Below, one piece after another: positions 1 to 9,934 of a DNA stretch of 64,000 nt. This DNA is from an uncultured Planctomycetales bacterium (GTDB taxonomy: Bacteria; Planctomycetota; Phycisphaerae; UBA1845; Fen-1342). Position 1 is the first letter of the stretch. Every line of letters starts with the position of its first letter. A model generated the notes under the pieces. That model did not search any database and had not been told where the DNA came from. It worked only from the letters and a program-made list of their open reading frames with translations. Made by a program: the position numbers and the translations under genes. Location: contig CAYQLG010000008.1 of NCBI GenBank assembly GCA_964418235.1, positions 2,164 through 66,163 of the forward strand. Reading direction: 5' to 3'.

Positions 1-1205
1 CCGTCACAATCGAGGTCGCCCGCGGCTGCAATATTGGCGCCGAAGTACAAATGATTGAGATAGCGAAATGCCAGCGCCGGCTTGCCATTGGGCAGCAGCG
101 CCAGACTCTCCGGCCCGCCGCCCCAGCCGTCGCCCAGCGCCGTCCGCACCCAGCCGCCCGCCGTTCGGCGGTTGAGCGTCATCTCCGGCTCAAACGGAAA
201 CTGCCGCCGGGCATAGCCAACCATGAGCTCTCCCGCAGCGTCCACAGCCAGACTCGCCGGGCTGAACCATGAGCCAAAATCGAAGACGCGGTCGATCTCG
301 ACCGACTGCCAAACGCCGCCGATCAATTCTCGGACAGTCAGGCCGAACCCCACGCCGTGCACAATCACCGGTCTGCCATCGGGCGCATAGATCAGGCGAG
401 ACTCGATGCCGCCCGGCGCCGCGACGACGCTCCGCCGCCAGCCGAAGCCGTCGTGTTCGGCGAGCATGAGACGATCATGGGTAAAGTCGAGGTAAACGAT
501 GGCCGAGTGACCGGCCGGGCCGAAGGCGAGGCTGGCATAGTGGCCGCAGTTTGTCGTGTCATCGACGGTTTCGGCCCGCCAGTCGCGCCCGTCAAAAGCG
601 GCGAAGCGCAGCGTGCCCGCGAGGTGATCGCGATAGGCGATGGCGGGGTTGCCATCAGGCCGAATCGCCAGGCTCGTACCGAAAGCGGGGATCGCGACGG
701 GATCGACGACCGTGTTCTGCCAGTCTTTTCCGTCGAACCAGGCGTACTTTAAGCGGCCATTGCCGATGTCGTGATAGGCAATCGCCGGGTTGCCATCCGG
801 CAGGATCGCGAGGCTGGTGTATTCGCCGACCTGTCCATCGGCGTCGACCACGGTGGTGCGCCAGCCGATCGGCAGCCGCACGGAATAGCGCAGTTGCTGG
901 GCGAGAAGATCGAAATGACTGACGGCAGGGCTGCCGTCGGGCAGGATCGCCAGGCTGGAATAGGCGCCGACGCTGCCGACGCCTTCGCCGGCGTCCGCCA
1001 GTGCCGAGCGCCAATCAATCTGTGCCCAGACCGGCGACACGCTGAGCAGCGCGACGAGCAGCGCTCCCAGCGGCCCCCGCGTGCCGGCAGACCGCGCGGC
1101 CAACGGCCCCCCAACGTCGGCTTTTCCGACTCTGGCGAAACCATCCGGATGCGAAAGTCGCGCGTGTATGCCGAACGATTTCAGGCGATGCGATAAGCGA
1201 TACAT
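1..1205 (-). CDS. Exported beta-propeller-repeat protein whose C-terminus enters a dockerin-like loop; 3' end cut by window edge
   Basis: Not in ORF track (no stop in window). The third minus frame is open from 1205 to 1. ATG at 1205-1203 is preceded by GAGGAG. Signal-like GPLGALLVALLSVSPVWAQ. Units SLAI(L/R)PDG(N/S)PA(I/V) recur every ~140 nt (near 640-680, 780-820, 920-960). Last residues in window are AAAGDLDCDG. Confidence 0.6.
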   Translation of the reverse strand, partial: MYRLSHRLKSFGIHARLSHPDGFARVGKADVGGPLAARSAGTRGPLGALLVALLSVSPVWAQIDWRSALADAGEGVGSVGAYSSLAILPDGSPAVSHFDLLAQQLRYSVRLPIGWRTTVVDADGQVGEYTSLAILPDGNPAIAYHDIGNGRLKYAWFDGKDWQNTVVDPVAIPAFGTSLAIRPDGNPAIAYRDHLAGTLRFAAFDGRDWRAETVDDTTNCGHYASLAFGPAGHSAIVYLDFTHDRLMLAEHDGFGWRRSVVAAPGGIESRLIYAPDGRPVIVHGVGFGLTVRELIGGVWQSVEIDRVFDFGSWFSPASLAVDAAGELMVGYARRQFPFEPEMTLNRRTAGGWVRTALGDGWGGGPESLALLPNGKPALAFRYLNHLYFGANIAAAGDLDCD

Positions 1206-1539
1206 GGTGGCTCTCCTCGGCTCCGCCCGCCTGAGCGGCTGCGTCCGGCGACATCACGGCGCCGCGCAGACTCATTTATAACAAGATTGTACGTTCTAGT
1301 TCAAGCCCGTGACAGGGGACGAACGATTTTCGAGCGAGCAGGCGCTCCCTCAGACGCACGCTTTCGCCCAAGCAGGCAGGAAGAAGGCTGCTGCCGATCG
1401 ATCGGAAATCGACCGCACGCATGAGGCGTGTTCGGGAAGTGCGGCCGCCGGCTCCCAACTGATTCGCTGGGAGCCGGCCTCATCCTGGTTGAGACGGTTG
1501 CGCGCGGCCAGCTTCCATCCGCCGCGGCGGAACCCCAAC

Positions 1540-4500
1540 CTACTTCGCCGTCGTCAGCTTCGACTTGTCCGGCACCGGCGGCGGCGGCGAAGACTTCGGC
1601 GGATTTTTCTGGATCGCCTCCATCACCTCTTTGATCGCGCGGTCGAGTTGCGGGTCGCGGCCGGCCAGGAAATCTTCCGGCGTGAACTCGACCTCGATAT
1701 CCGGCTCGACGCCGCGGTTCTCGAGATCCCAGCCGCGCTTCGGCTCATACCAGGCGAACTCGGGCTGGGTCGTGCGGCCGCCGTCGACGAGCAACTTGTC
1801 GCCGCGAATGCCGATGACGCCGCCCCAGGTGCGCATGCCGATGACCGGACCGAGGCCGCGAATCTTGAAGCTTTCCGGGAAGATGTCGCCGTCGGAGCCG
1901 GCGTTCTGATTGACGATCACCGCTTTCGGGCCGATGTGCGTGCGAGCGGGATAGCGGGCGGTGACGCCGCGGCGCGGCCGCATGTAGGCCCATGTTTCGC
2001 GCGCGAGGCGCTGAATGAGCATCTGCGAGACAAACCCGCCGCCGTTGAAGCGGATGTCGATGACCAGGCCGTTCTTGTTCACCTGCGGATAGAAACCCTT
2101 GATGAATTCGAGCAGACCCGGCCCGCCCATGTTCGGCAGATGGAAATATCCGACCGTGCCTTTGGTCTGTAGCCAGACATATTCGCGATTGCGCCGCACC
2201 CAGTCGCGATAGCGCAGTTGCGACTCCGAATCGAGCGTCTCGATCTGCACGTCGCGCGCGTCGCCGCGGTCAGCGGCCTTGCCGACGGTCAGCACGACCT
2301 GCTTTCCGGCGAGTCCCTGCAAGTGCTGATGAACGCTCTCGGCCGGCTTGACCTCGACGCCATTGATCGCGAAGAGATATTCGCCCTCTTGCACATTGGC
2401 GTGCGTCATCGTCAGCGGCGATTTGACGTAGGTCTCCCACACTTCCGGTCGGAGGATGCGCTTGAAGCGATGCCGCCCGGCAGTTTTGTCGAGTTCGAGG
2501 TCTGCGCCGAGCAGGCCGACGCCGACCGTCTTGGCCGTTTCGAGATCGCCGCCGGAGACATACGTGTGGGACGTGCCCAGTTCGGCGATGAGTTGGCCGA
2601 TCAGGTCGTTCAGCTCCGCGCGCGTACTGACGCGGGCGACGAGCGGAGCGTATTTCTTGTATGCGCCCTCCCAATCGACGCCGGCCATGTTTTCAGCCCA
2701 GTAGAAATCCCGCTGAAGTCGCCACGACTCGCGGAAAATCTGGGCCCATTCGCCTTTCGGCTCGACTGAAAGCGGCAGCGTGGCGGGGTTGAGCTTCTCG
2801 ACGTCTTTGTCTTCCTTGTCTTTGCCGTCGCCGGGCTTGCTGTCCGTGCCGACGACGAGGATTTCTTCGCCGCTGCCGCGATAGGCGAGCTTCTTGCCGT
2901 CGGCGCTGGTCGTGTAGTCGCGGACCTTGTCGATGAAAAGCTCGTGCTTTTTCTTCTTCAGGTCGTAGACGCGCAGCGCCCGGCGCGCATTCCCGGCGTC
3001 GGGATTGGCCCAGCCCTCCATCAAGCCGGTCGTCGGCGACGTCGCGAAAAAGACCTTGCCGCGGATCGGCGCGAGGCCGCCGTAGTTGTCCGGCGGCGCC
3101 GGGAACTCGACGACGCGCTGCTGAATACCCTCGACATCGAGCTTCACGACCGGCAATTCGCGCGGCTTGTCCTTGGCTTTCCCGGATTTCTCGTCTTTCT
3201 CGTCTTTCTTGCCGTCCTTGTCATCCTTGTCGTCGGCGCTGTCGGGCAGCAGTTCATCCGGCAGGAATGGCGAGCGGCCGTCTTTCGCGAGAATCACGCA
3301 ATAGAGCTTGTCGGGCTTGATCGTGACATGCTCGAAGTCGAACAGGTCCATCACCGGGTTGAACGTGCGCGCGCCGATGAAGTAGAGGTACTTTCCATCC
3401 GGGTCCCAGGCCGGCTCGCGGTCATTTGAAAACTCCGCCGTCACGCGCGCCGGGGTCTTGCCCTCGACGCCCCAGATCCAGATCGAGTTCAACTCGGTGT
3501 CGTTCTGCATCGTGTATGCGAGCCACTTCCCATCCGGCGACCACGAGTATTCTGTGATCTCCCAGTTGGGGCTTTTGTCGACGACCGTGCTCGCGCCGCT
3601 CTCCGCGTCCACCACGTAGAGCGTCATCGTCAGATCGGCGTACGCGATGTGCTTGCCGTCAGGCGACCACTTCGGCGGAAAGAGCCAGCCCTTGCCGGCT
3701 TTGGTCAGCAGCCGCGGCTTGCCGATCGATTTGCCCGCTTCGCCCGCGCCGGGCACGTCGAAAATCGCCAGCTCCTGTTCGCCGGTTTCATCGGTGATGC
3801 AGGCCACGCGCTTGCCGTCGGGCGAAAACGTCGCCATGCGCTCACGCACGGCGGAACCGGCGGTTAGCCGGATCATGCGCCCGCCGGGCTTGGTCGCGGT
3901 CACCCAGAGTTCGCCGCGCGTCCCGACCAGGAGCCGCTTGCCCTCGTCGTCGAGTTCATAGCTTTCGAGCGTCTTGGCGGCGTCTTCGAAGCGCGGCTGT
4001 TGGCGCAGCCGATCGCTCGGCAACTCGACGGGAATCTTGGTGTCCTTACCGGCGGCGATGTCGAGCAGCCACAGATCGCCCGCGAGCGAATAGACCAAAC
4101 GCCCGCCCTGCAGATCGGGCCAGCGCGCGTCAAAGTCGGTGTGCCTGGTGTGCTGTTTCACGTCGGCGCCGTCGGGCTTGGCGGAGAAGACGTTCATGCG
4201 GCCATCGCGATCCGAGAGGAAGAAGACGCGCCCGTCACTCCAGAGCGGGAAGCGGTCGTCACCGTCCCAATCGGTGATCTTCGTGAATTTGTTGGTGCTC
4301 AGATCGCCGACCCAGATGTCATCGGCCAGGCCGCCGCGATAGCGCTTCCACGTGCGGAACTCGAGCGACCAGCGATTGAAGGCGATGTACTTGCCGTCGC
4401 CGGAGTAGGACGCGAGACAGCCATAGCCGAAGGGCAGTTGCTGCGGCTCGCCGCCGGTCAGCGGCACTTCGAAGAGGTACCACTCGCGGTTGTTGGTGGT

Positions 4501-4872
4501 GCGCTGGCTGCGGAAGATGAGCGACTTGCCGTCGGGCTTCCAGCAGAGCACTTCGTCGCGCCCGGGGTGCCAGGTCAGGCGCGTCGGCTCGCCGCCCTCG
4601 GCGGCCATGACATAGACATCGAGGTTGCCCTGATATTCGCCAGAAAAAGCGAGTTGCTGGCCGTCGGGGCTGAAGCGGGGGAAGAACTCATTGCCGGCGT
4701 GGGTTGTGAGGCGCTTGGCCACGCCGCCGGCGGTCGAGGTCTGCCACAGATCACCCTCGGCGCCGAAGACGATGGTGTCGCCGTGGATGGTGGGGAACTG
4801 GTAATAGCCCGCGACGCCCGCGAAGGCGGGAGCGGCGGCCAGCAGCACAATGAAAGTGGTACGAAGTGCCAT
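1540..4872 (-). CDS. Tricorn-protease-like S41 peptidase (TolB/WD40-type propellers + PDZ + S41 core)
   Basis: 1110-aa ORF with ATG at 4872 and signal peptide MALRTTFIVLLAAAPAFAG. Repeated propeller motifs FSPDGQQLAF, WSPDGKHIAY, WSPDGKWLAY. C-terminal S41-like core IDIRFNGGGFVSQ. Two Lys/Asp-rich low-complexity inserts. Confidence 0.85.
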   Translation of the reverse strand: MALRTTFIVLLAAAPAFAGVAGYYQFPTIHGDTIVFGAEGDLWQTSTAGGVAKRLTTHAGNEFFPRFSPDGQQLAFSGEYQGNLDVYVMAAEGGEPTRLTWHPGRDEVLCWKPDGKSLIFRSQRTTNNREWYLFEVPLTGGEPQQLPFGYGCLASYSGDGKYIAFNRWSLEFRTWKRYRGGLADDIWVGDLSTNKFTKITDWDGDDRFPLWSDGRVFFLSDRDGRMNVFSAKPDGADVKQHTRHTDFDARWPDLQGGRLVYSLAGDLWLLDIAAGKDTKIPVELPSDRLRQQPRFEDAAKTLESYELDDEGKRLLVGTRGELWVTATKPGGRMIRLTAGSAVRERMATFSPDGKRVACITDETGEQELAIFDVPGAGEAGKSIGKPRLLTKAGKGWLFPPKWSPDGKHIAYADLTMTLYVVDAESGASTVVDKSPNWEITEYSWSPDGKWLAYTMQNDTELNSIWIWGVEGKTPARVTAEFSNDREPAWDPDGKYLYFIGARTFNPVMDLFDFEHVTIKPDKLYCVILAKDGRSPFLPDELLPDSADDKDDKDGKKDEKDEKSGKAKDKPRELPVVKLDVEGIQQRVVEFPAPPDNYGGLAPIRGKVFFATSPTTGLMEGWANPDAGNARRALRVYDLKKKKHELFIDKVRDYTTSADGKKLAYRGSGEEILVVGTDSKPGDGKDKEDKDVEKLNPATLPLSVEPKGEWAQIFRESWRLQRDFYWAENMAGVDWEGAYKKYAPLVARVSTRAELNDLIGQLIAELGTSHTYVSGGDLETAKTVGVGLLGADLELDKTAGRHRFKRILRPEVWETYVKSPLTMTHANVQEGEYLFAINGVEVKPAESVHQHLQGLAGKQVVLTVGKAADRGDARDVQIETLDSESQLRYRDWVRRNREYVWLQTKGTVGYFHLPNMGGPGLLEFIKGFYPQVNKNGLVIDIRFNGGGFVSQMLIQRLARETWAYMRPRRGVTARYPARTHIGPKAVIVNQNAGSDGDIFPESFKIRGLGPVIGMRTWGGVIGIRGDKLLVDGGRTTQPEFAWYEPKRGWDLENRGVEPDIEVEFTPEDFLAGRDPQLDRAIKEVMEAIQKNPPKSSPPPPVPDKSKLTTAK

Positions 4873-5068
4873 TTCAATTAGTCCTCATCGATAAAATGAC
4901 AGATCAACTGGGCACGGCATCCGCGCATCCGGACCGAATACGCCGTACATCCCGGCAAAGCCGTGGCCCGTCCGTCCGATCGGTCTCAGCTCAGCCGCGA
5001 AGCGTCCGCGTAGGATCGCGCCGCCCAAACATTGCGTCAGTACACAGCCATCGCGTGGCGGCGCTACT

Positions 5069-5704
5069 TCACTTCTTCGGCGCTACGCCGACCAGCGCCG
5101 TGCGGATTTCGACCTTGTCCGCGACCAGGGCCGAGCCTTTGGCGCTGTCCACGCCGAAGTCCTTGCGCATCACGTCAAAATCGCTGCGCACGACGAATAG
5201 ATCGCCCTCGCGGCCGCCCATGCGCTCGCCGAGCTTTCCAGGCAGATATTCGATCCGCAGGCCGATCGTGATCGATTTGGTTTTGCCCTTCAGCGTGAAA
5301 TCACCGGTCGTCTCCAGCTCATATTTGTTCTCACCGCCGGCGCGCACGCTGTTGACGCCCGTGATTTTGAATTCGATCGTCTTGTGTTCCTCGACGTTGA
5401 ACCAGTCCTTGCCGTGCAAGACCTCGGTCATCTTCGCATTGGTGCACTTCACGCTGTCGGCGGCGACGATGATCGTGCCGGTGAGCTTGCGCGGATCGGC
5501 GGGATCGAACGAGAGCTTTCCGGTAACGCCGGAGGCGACGCCGAAGATCGGCTCCAGCGCCGAATCGGCGCTGAACGTCATCGCGTTGACGCCCTTGGGA
5601 TCCTTGAAATCGAACTCGATGGCATCAGCGGCCTGGAGACTCGCGGCCCCGAGCAGGGCCGTGGAAATCACGAGAAACAGTGTGCGATTCAGCTTCACGA
5701 GCAT
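5069..5704 (-). CDS. YceI-like periplasmic beta-barrel protein
   Basis: 211 aa with signal peptide LFLVISTALLGAASLQA. Segments FDFKDPKGVNAMTF and TGDFTLKGKTKSITI are typical of the YceI family. Confidence 0.8.
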   Translation of the reverse strand: MLVKLNRTLFLVISTALLGAASLQAADAIEFDFKDPKGVNAMTFSADSALEPIFGVASGVTGKLSFDPADPRKLTGTIIVAADSVKCTNAKMTEVLHGKDWFNVEEHKTIEFKITGVNSVRAGGENKYELETTGDFTLKGKTKSITIGLRIEYLPGKLGERMGGREGDLFVVRSDFDVMRKDFGVDSAKGSALVADKVEIRTALVGVAPKK

Positions 5705-6091
5705 GGTCCTCTTGTCAGTTTTTTACGGCGCCGTCGGCACGTTGAGCGGCCGACGGTTCCAAACGCCGCGAGGGATTTTAGCCGAAAACCGCCGCGCACG
5801 GCTGGGCTGCTCGAAGCTGGAATGCGCACGCTGTACACGGGCCGGATCGCCTGCTGCGGATGAATCGGCGGCGCAGCGGGTGGGCCGATCGCGTCCGCAG
5901 TCGGAGGCTCGAGCGATTGGGGCCCTCGGCGGCATCGAATCGGTTTCAGTCGGGCGCGGCGTGGTTCTGCGTGCGCACGGCGCGAGCATGTCGGTGCGGT
6001 CTGTAGACGGCTTCATCCGATTCCGGCGCATCGGCCCAACGCCGATGCTCGTCCGCCTTGCTTTTCGTGGTGCAGAACCCGAATCACTGCA

Positions 6092-7429
6092 TTACTTGAT
6101 CCGCTTGCGGGCAACGTTGCTGGGCGCGTCTTCGGGGTTGACCGTCGGTGGGAAGCCGTTGAGCTGACGCCAGATTTCCCAGCCCAGCGGCACCACGTCG
6201 AGCAATACCCAGCCTTTGGCTCGCACGCCTTGGCGGAGGTAGTTCGCCTCGGGCCAGGGCTGGTCTTTGGGGTCTTGCACAACGAGCACGCGAAAGCGGC
6301 CCTTGCCGTCATCGGTGGGGTCGATCAGCGTGACGATGCCGCCAAACGTGCCGACCGCGACGGAGGGCCAGCCGACAAACTGCACCGCGGGCCAGCCCTC
6401 GAATTGCAGGCGCACGTGCCGGCCCTCGCGCAGCAGCGGAAAATCATTGCCATCGACCCATAGCTCGACCGCCGTCTCGCCGCCTTCGGGCACGAGCATC
6501 ATCAGCGTCCGGCCGGCTTGCACGATTTGGCCGCGCTCGGCGGCGGTCAGGCGGAAGACCGTTCCGTCGCGCGGCGCGGTGATGATGCGGGCGTCCATGC
6601 GCGAAATGTCACGCTCAATCTGAAGCTTTCGGCGGCGGGCGTCCTCGAGCTGAGTCTTGGCGTCGTTGAGCGCGGCATCCGCGGCGGCGAGATTGGAATT
6701 GGCATCGGCCCGAATGCGCTCGACGTCGGCGCGGGCCGATTGCACGTCGCTCTGCGCGCCGCTCAGATTCGCCTGCGCCGATTTCAGATTGGCGATGCCC
6801 ACGTCCAGATTCGCCTTCGCGACTTCGAGGTCGCGCTCGGACGCCAGCCGCGGCTTTTGGTCGTACAGTTGCTTGACGCGATCATATTGCAACTCATCGC
6901 GGAGCTTGACCGCCTCGGCGCTGCGCAGGTTTTCCTCCGCCGACGCCAGCCGCTCCTTGATCATCCGTTCGCGATATTCGGCCGATTCGACGGCGTTGTC
7001 GCGCTGCAGGCGCAGGTTGTCGAGCCGCAGCATCAGGGCGTCAATCTTGCTGGCGGCCTGCTGCTCCTGCTGCTCGATGGCGAGCCGCTCGCGGTCGAGC
7101 CGCTCGGCAAATTGCGGGTCGATGTCCTGCAACTCGACGAGCGGATCGCCGGCCTTGACCTGCGAGCCTTCCTCGACGTGCCAGCGCAGGATGCGCCCAG
7201 GGATCGTCGCGTCGATCGTCTGCTGCCGGTCCATCGGGTTGGTGCGCGAGAGAAATCCGGCGCCATTGATGCTTTGCTGCCACGGCAAGAGCGGCAGACC
7301 GATCGCACCGACGACCACCATGCCGAGAATCGTATTCGCGGCGCGTTGTGCGACCCGCGGGCTGGAGACCAGATGGAGCGTCGGCAATCCGGCGCTGTCA
7401 TGCAGCGACATCGCGCGGGTACGGTTCAT
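6092..7429 (-). CDS. HlyD-family periplasmic adaptor (membrane fusion protein)
   Basis: ORF 6092..7582. The internal ATG at 7429 overlaps the stop of the upstream ABC gene as ATGA (7429-7426). N-terminal TM ILGMVVVGAIGLPLL, lipoyl-like hairpin IPGRILRWHVEEGSQVKAGDPLVEL, long coiled-coil segment, C-terminal barrel. Confidence 0.8.
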   Translation of the reverse strand: MNRTRAMSLHDSAGLPTLHLVSSPRVAQRAANTILGMVVVGAIGLPLLPWQQSINGAGFLSRTNPMDRQQTIDATIPGRILRWHVEEGSQVKAGDPLVELQDIDPQFAERLDRERLAIEQQEQQAASKIDALMLRLDNLRLQRDNAVESAEYRERMIKERLASAEENLRSAEAVKLRDELQYDRVKQLYDQKPRLASERDLEVAKANLDVGIANLKSAQANLSGAQSDVQSARADVERIRADANSNLAAADAALNDAKTQLEDARRRKLQIERDISRMDARIITAPRDGTVFRLTAAERGQIVQAGRTLMMLVPEGGETAVELWVDGNDFPLLREGRHVRLQFEGWPAVQFVGWPSVAVGTFGGIVTLIDPTDDGKGRFRVLVVQDPKDQPWPEANYLRQGVRAKGWVLLDVVPLGWEIWRQLNGFPPTVNPEDAPSNVARKRIK

Positions 7430-9723
7430 GCAGGCTCCTCCACCGGCTCGAGGCCGGCGCCATTGAGAATCGGAAGCAGTCCATTGAGGTCGGTCGGCCC
7501 GAGCCGTCCCTCGACCAACGGAATGATCCGGTCGCAGCCGCGCACCGCTTCCGGCACGCAAGTCAGGATGAGCACGCTCCACGGCGCGTCGGCCGCGTAG
7601 AGGGCGCGCTTGACCTGCTGCAGGCTGGCCTCGTCGAGATCGTCAAGCACGCCGTCGAGCACGACCAGCCGCGGGCGGGTCGCGAGGGCGCGGGCCAGCA
7701 TCAGCCGCCGCGCCTGGCCGAACGAGAGCGGGCTGCCGGTGGCGGAGAGCACGGTCTCCAAGCCGTCGGGCAGCGCGAGCAATTCGTCGAGCAGGCCGAC
7801 GTCGGTCAGCGCCTGGCGGGCGCAGGCGGACGAGACCTCCGGGCGGCGCATGCGCACGTTCTCGAGGATGTCGCCCTCGATGATTTCGAGGCCGCGGATC
7901 AGTGCGACCTGCTCGCGAAGCGCTTCGAGCTGCACGTTGCGCAGGTCGATACCGTCGATTTCGAGGTGGCCGTGGTCGGGCATGCGCAGGCCGTTGACGA
8001 GGTCGCCGATCGTGCTCTTGCCGGCGCCGTTGCGGCCGACGATTGCGACGCGCTCGCCGGGATCGACCCGCAAATTGACGTGCTTGAGGATCGGGCGCTC
8101 GGGGTCGTAGGAGAAATCAACGTCGCGCAGGATGAGCCGTGCGCCGACGCTGCTGGCCGCGAGCGTTTCGCCGGCGGTGCGTTCGAGCGGCAGATCGATC
8201 AGATGGCCGATTTTGTCAACGGAGGCGAGGAGGTCGTAGAAGCTGTCAAAGTGCTTGCCGCTCTTGACCAGCGACGCCAGCAGCGTCGAGACGATCAGCT
8301 CTGAGGCGACGAGCTGGCCGAGCGTGAGCTGACCATCGATGACCAGCCAGCCGCCGATCGTCAATAGGGCCGTGCTGGCCAGGACGAAGAGCGCGACCAT
8401 GCCGATGATCTGACGGATGACGATGTTGAAGTGAGCGCGGCGCGCGGTGAGATAGCGAAAGGCCAGCGTGTCGGCCCGCTCCTGGGCGAAGCGGGTTCCG
8501 CCGTTGTGTTTGAAGGTCGTCGGGTTACGAGCGATCTCTTCGAGCGAAGCGGCGACGCTGTATTTCGCGACCGATTCCTGGATCGCCGTCCGCACGGCGC
8601 CGCGCCCGACCACGAAAATCACGACCGCAATCACGAGCAACATGATCAGCGCGAAGACCAGCAGGTAGGGGTGGTAGAGCGCGAGCAGCACCAGACCGAT
8701 GAAGACCTGCAGCACGAGCGCCAGGCCGTCGAGCATGAGGGCGGCGCCGGCCTTTTGCAGGGTCAGCACGTCGAAGAAGCGATTGACCAGCTCCGGGCCA
8801 TGGCCGCGGTCAAACGCATCGACGCGCACGCGCGGCAAGCGCCAGGCCAGATCCGCCACGACGCGTATGAAGAGCCGACGCTGAATGATCTCCACCACGT
8901 ACGTATTGAGCAGACGAATCGAGCCATCCAGCAGCAGAAACGCCGCGAGCAGAATTCCCAGAATGAACAGCGGCTGCAACAGGCCGCCGAACGCAACCGT
9001 GTTGACCAGTGACTGCACGGCGACCGGCACGGTCAGACCCAGCACTCCCAGGGCGACGGCGAAGATGAAGATCATCCGCAGATCGCGGCGCTCGGGCCAG
9101 AGGATCAGCATCAATCGACGCAGCGGAGGGAGGTGGGCGTGACCGCCCGCATGGCCGCCGGAAGCGCCATGGGCGTGCTCGGCCGCGTCATGCGTGTGCG
9201 GCGCGCCCGGCGCCGCGTGGGCAGACTGCATGTGGTGGATTGAGCGGGCCTCCTCCAGCGGGGCCGCCGGCTGGCAGGAGAACCACTCCAGCGGCGCGGC
9301 GGGAGATTCCGCCAGCATCTTCTCCAACTCATTGATTTTCAGACGGTCCTCACGCGATCCGTGTGGCGTGAAGATCGTCACCCGCGCCCTCGAGCCATTG
9401 CTTTCGCGCAACAAGATGAGCGTCGCGTCGGGGGCGCCAGGCAGCAACGCCACGAGCGGCGTGCGCTTGGAGACAAAGTGCAGCGCCTCGCGTACAGGCA
9501 ACGTCACCGGACTGAGCCGCAAACCAAGCTGGCCGGCGATCGCGCGGAGCCGAACCGGCCAACTCGTCGCCAGGCCATGCAAGGCATGCTCGCAGGCACG
9601 GCGGATGGCGGGCGCTTCGCGCCGCTGACCGAGAGCCGCCGTCAGCGTGGAAAACAAATCGAGTAAGGCGGTGGGCACGGCCACATTCGGGCCGGGCGAT
9701 ATGGTTTCGTCTGAATGTCCCAT
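7426..9723 (-). CDS. ABC exporter (fused TMD-NBD) with N-terminal accessory domain, His-rich linker and atypical NBD
   Basis: 765 aa, ATG at 9723. About 160-aa N-terminal domain in the position of a C39-like domain, but no catalytic Cys motif is seen. His-rich stretch at aa 163-197. Multi-TM exporter core. Walker A GRNGAGKST (8012-8040), signature LSFGQ, Walker B region LVVLDGVLDDLDE (7630-7674). Confidence 0.8.
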   Translation of the reverse strand: MGHSDETISPGPNVAVPTALLDLFSTLTAALGQRREAPAIRRACEHALHGLATSWPVRLRAIAGQLGLRLSPVTLPVREALHFVSKRTPLVALLPGAPDATLILLRESNGSRARVTIFTPHGSREDRLKINELEKMLAESPAAPLEWFSCQPAAPLEEARSIHHMQSAHAAPGAPHTHDAAEHAHGASGGHAGGHAHLPPLRRLMLILWPERRDLRMIFIFAVALGVLGLTVPVAVQSLVNTVAFGGLLQPLFILGILLAAFLLLDGSIRLLNTYVVEIIQRRLFIRVVADLAWRLPRVRVDAFDRGHGPELVNRFFDVLTLQKAGAALMLDGLALVLQVFIGLVLLALYHPYLLVFALIMLLVIAVVIFVVGRGAVRTAIQESVAKYSVAASLEEIARNPTTFKHNGGTRFAQERADTLAFRYLTARRAHFNIVIRQIIGMVALFVLASTALLTIGGWLVIDGQLTLGQLVASELIVSTLLASLVKSGKHFDSFYDLLASVDKIGHLIDLPLERTAGETLAASSVGARLILRDVDFSYDPERPILKHVNLRVDPGERVAIVGRNGAGKSTIGDLVNGLRMPDHGHLEIDGIDLRNVQLEALREQVALIRGLEIIEGDILENVRMRRPEVSSACARQALTDVGLLDELLALPDGLETVLSATGSPLSFGQARRLMLARALATRPRLVVLDGVLDDLDEASLQQVKRALYAADAPWSVLILTCVPEAVRGCDRIIPLVEGRLGPTDLNGLLPILNGAGLEPVEEPA

Positions 9724-9934
9724 CAGCTACCTTCATCTCGCGGGGCTGTTCGACGGTCTGCGTACCGGCGTGGATCCTACGGACACGCCGGTTCGGGCGG
9801 CGGATTTCAAACTTCGCAAACACTTTGTAGGCGGCCGGCGGCCGATTTCTGCCGGCGCATTCTGATCGAAAGCTCCTCAATTTTTTGAGGCCGCCGCCAC
9901 GAATCTGGCGCCGCGCCAGCTTGTACCAACTAAC

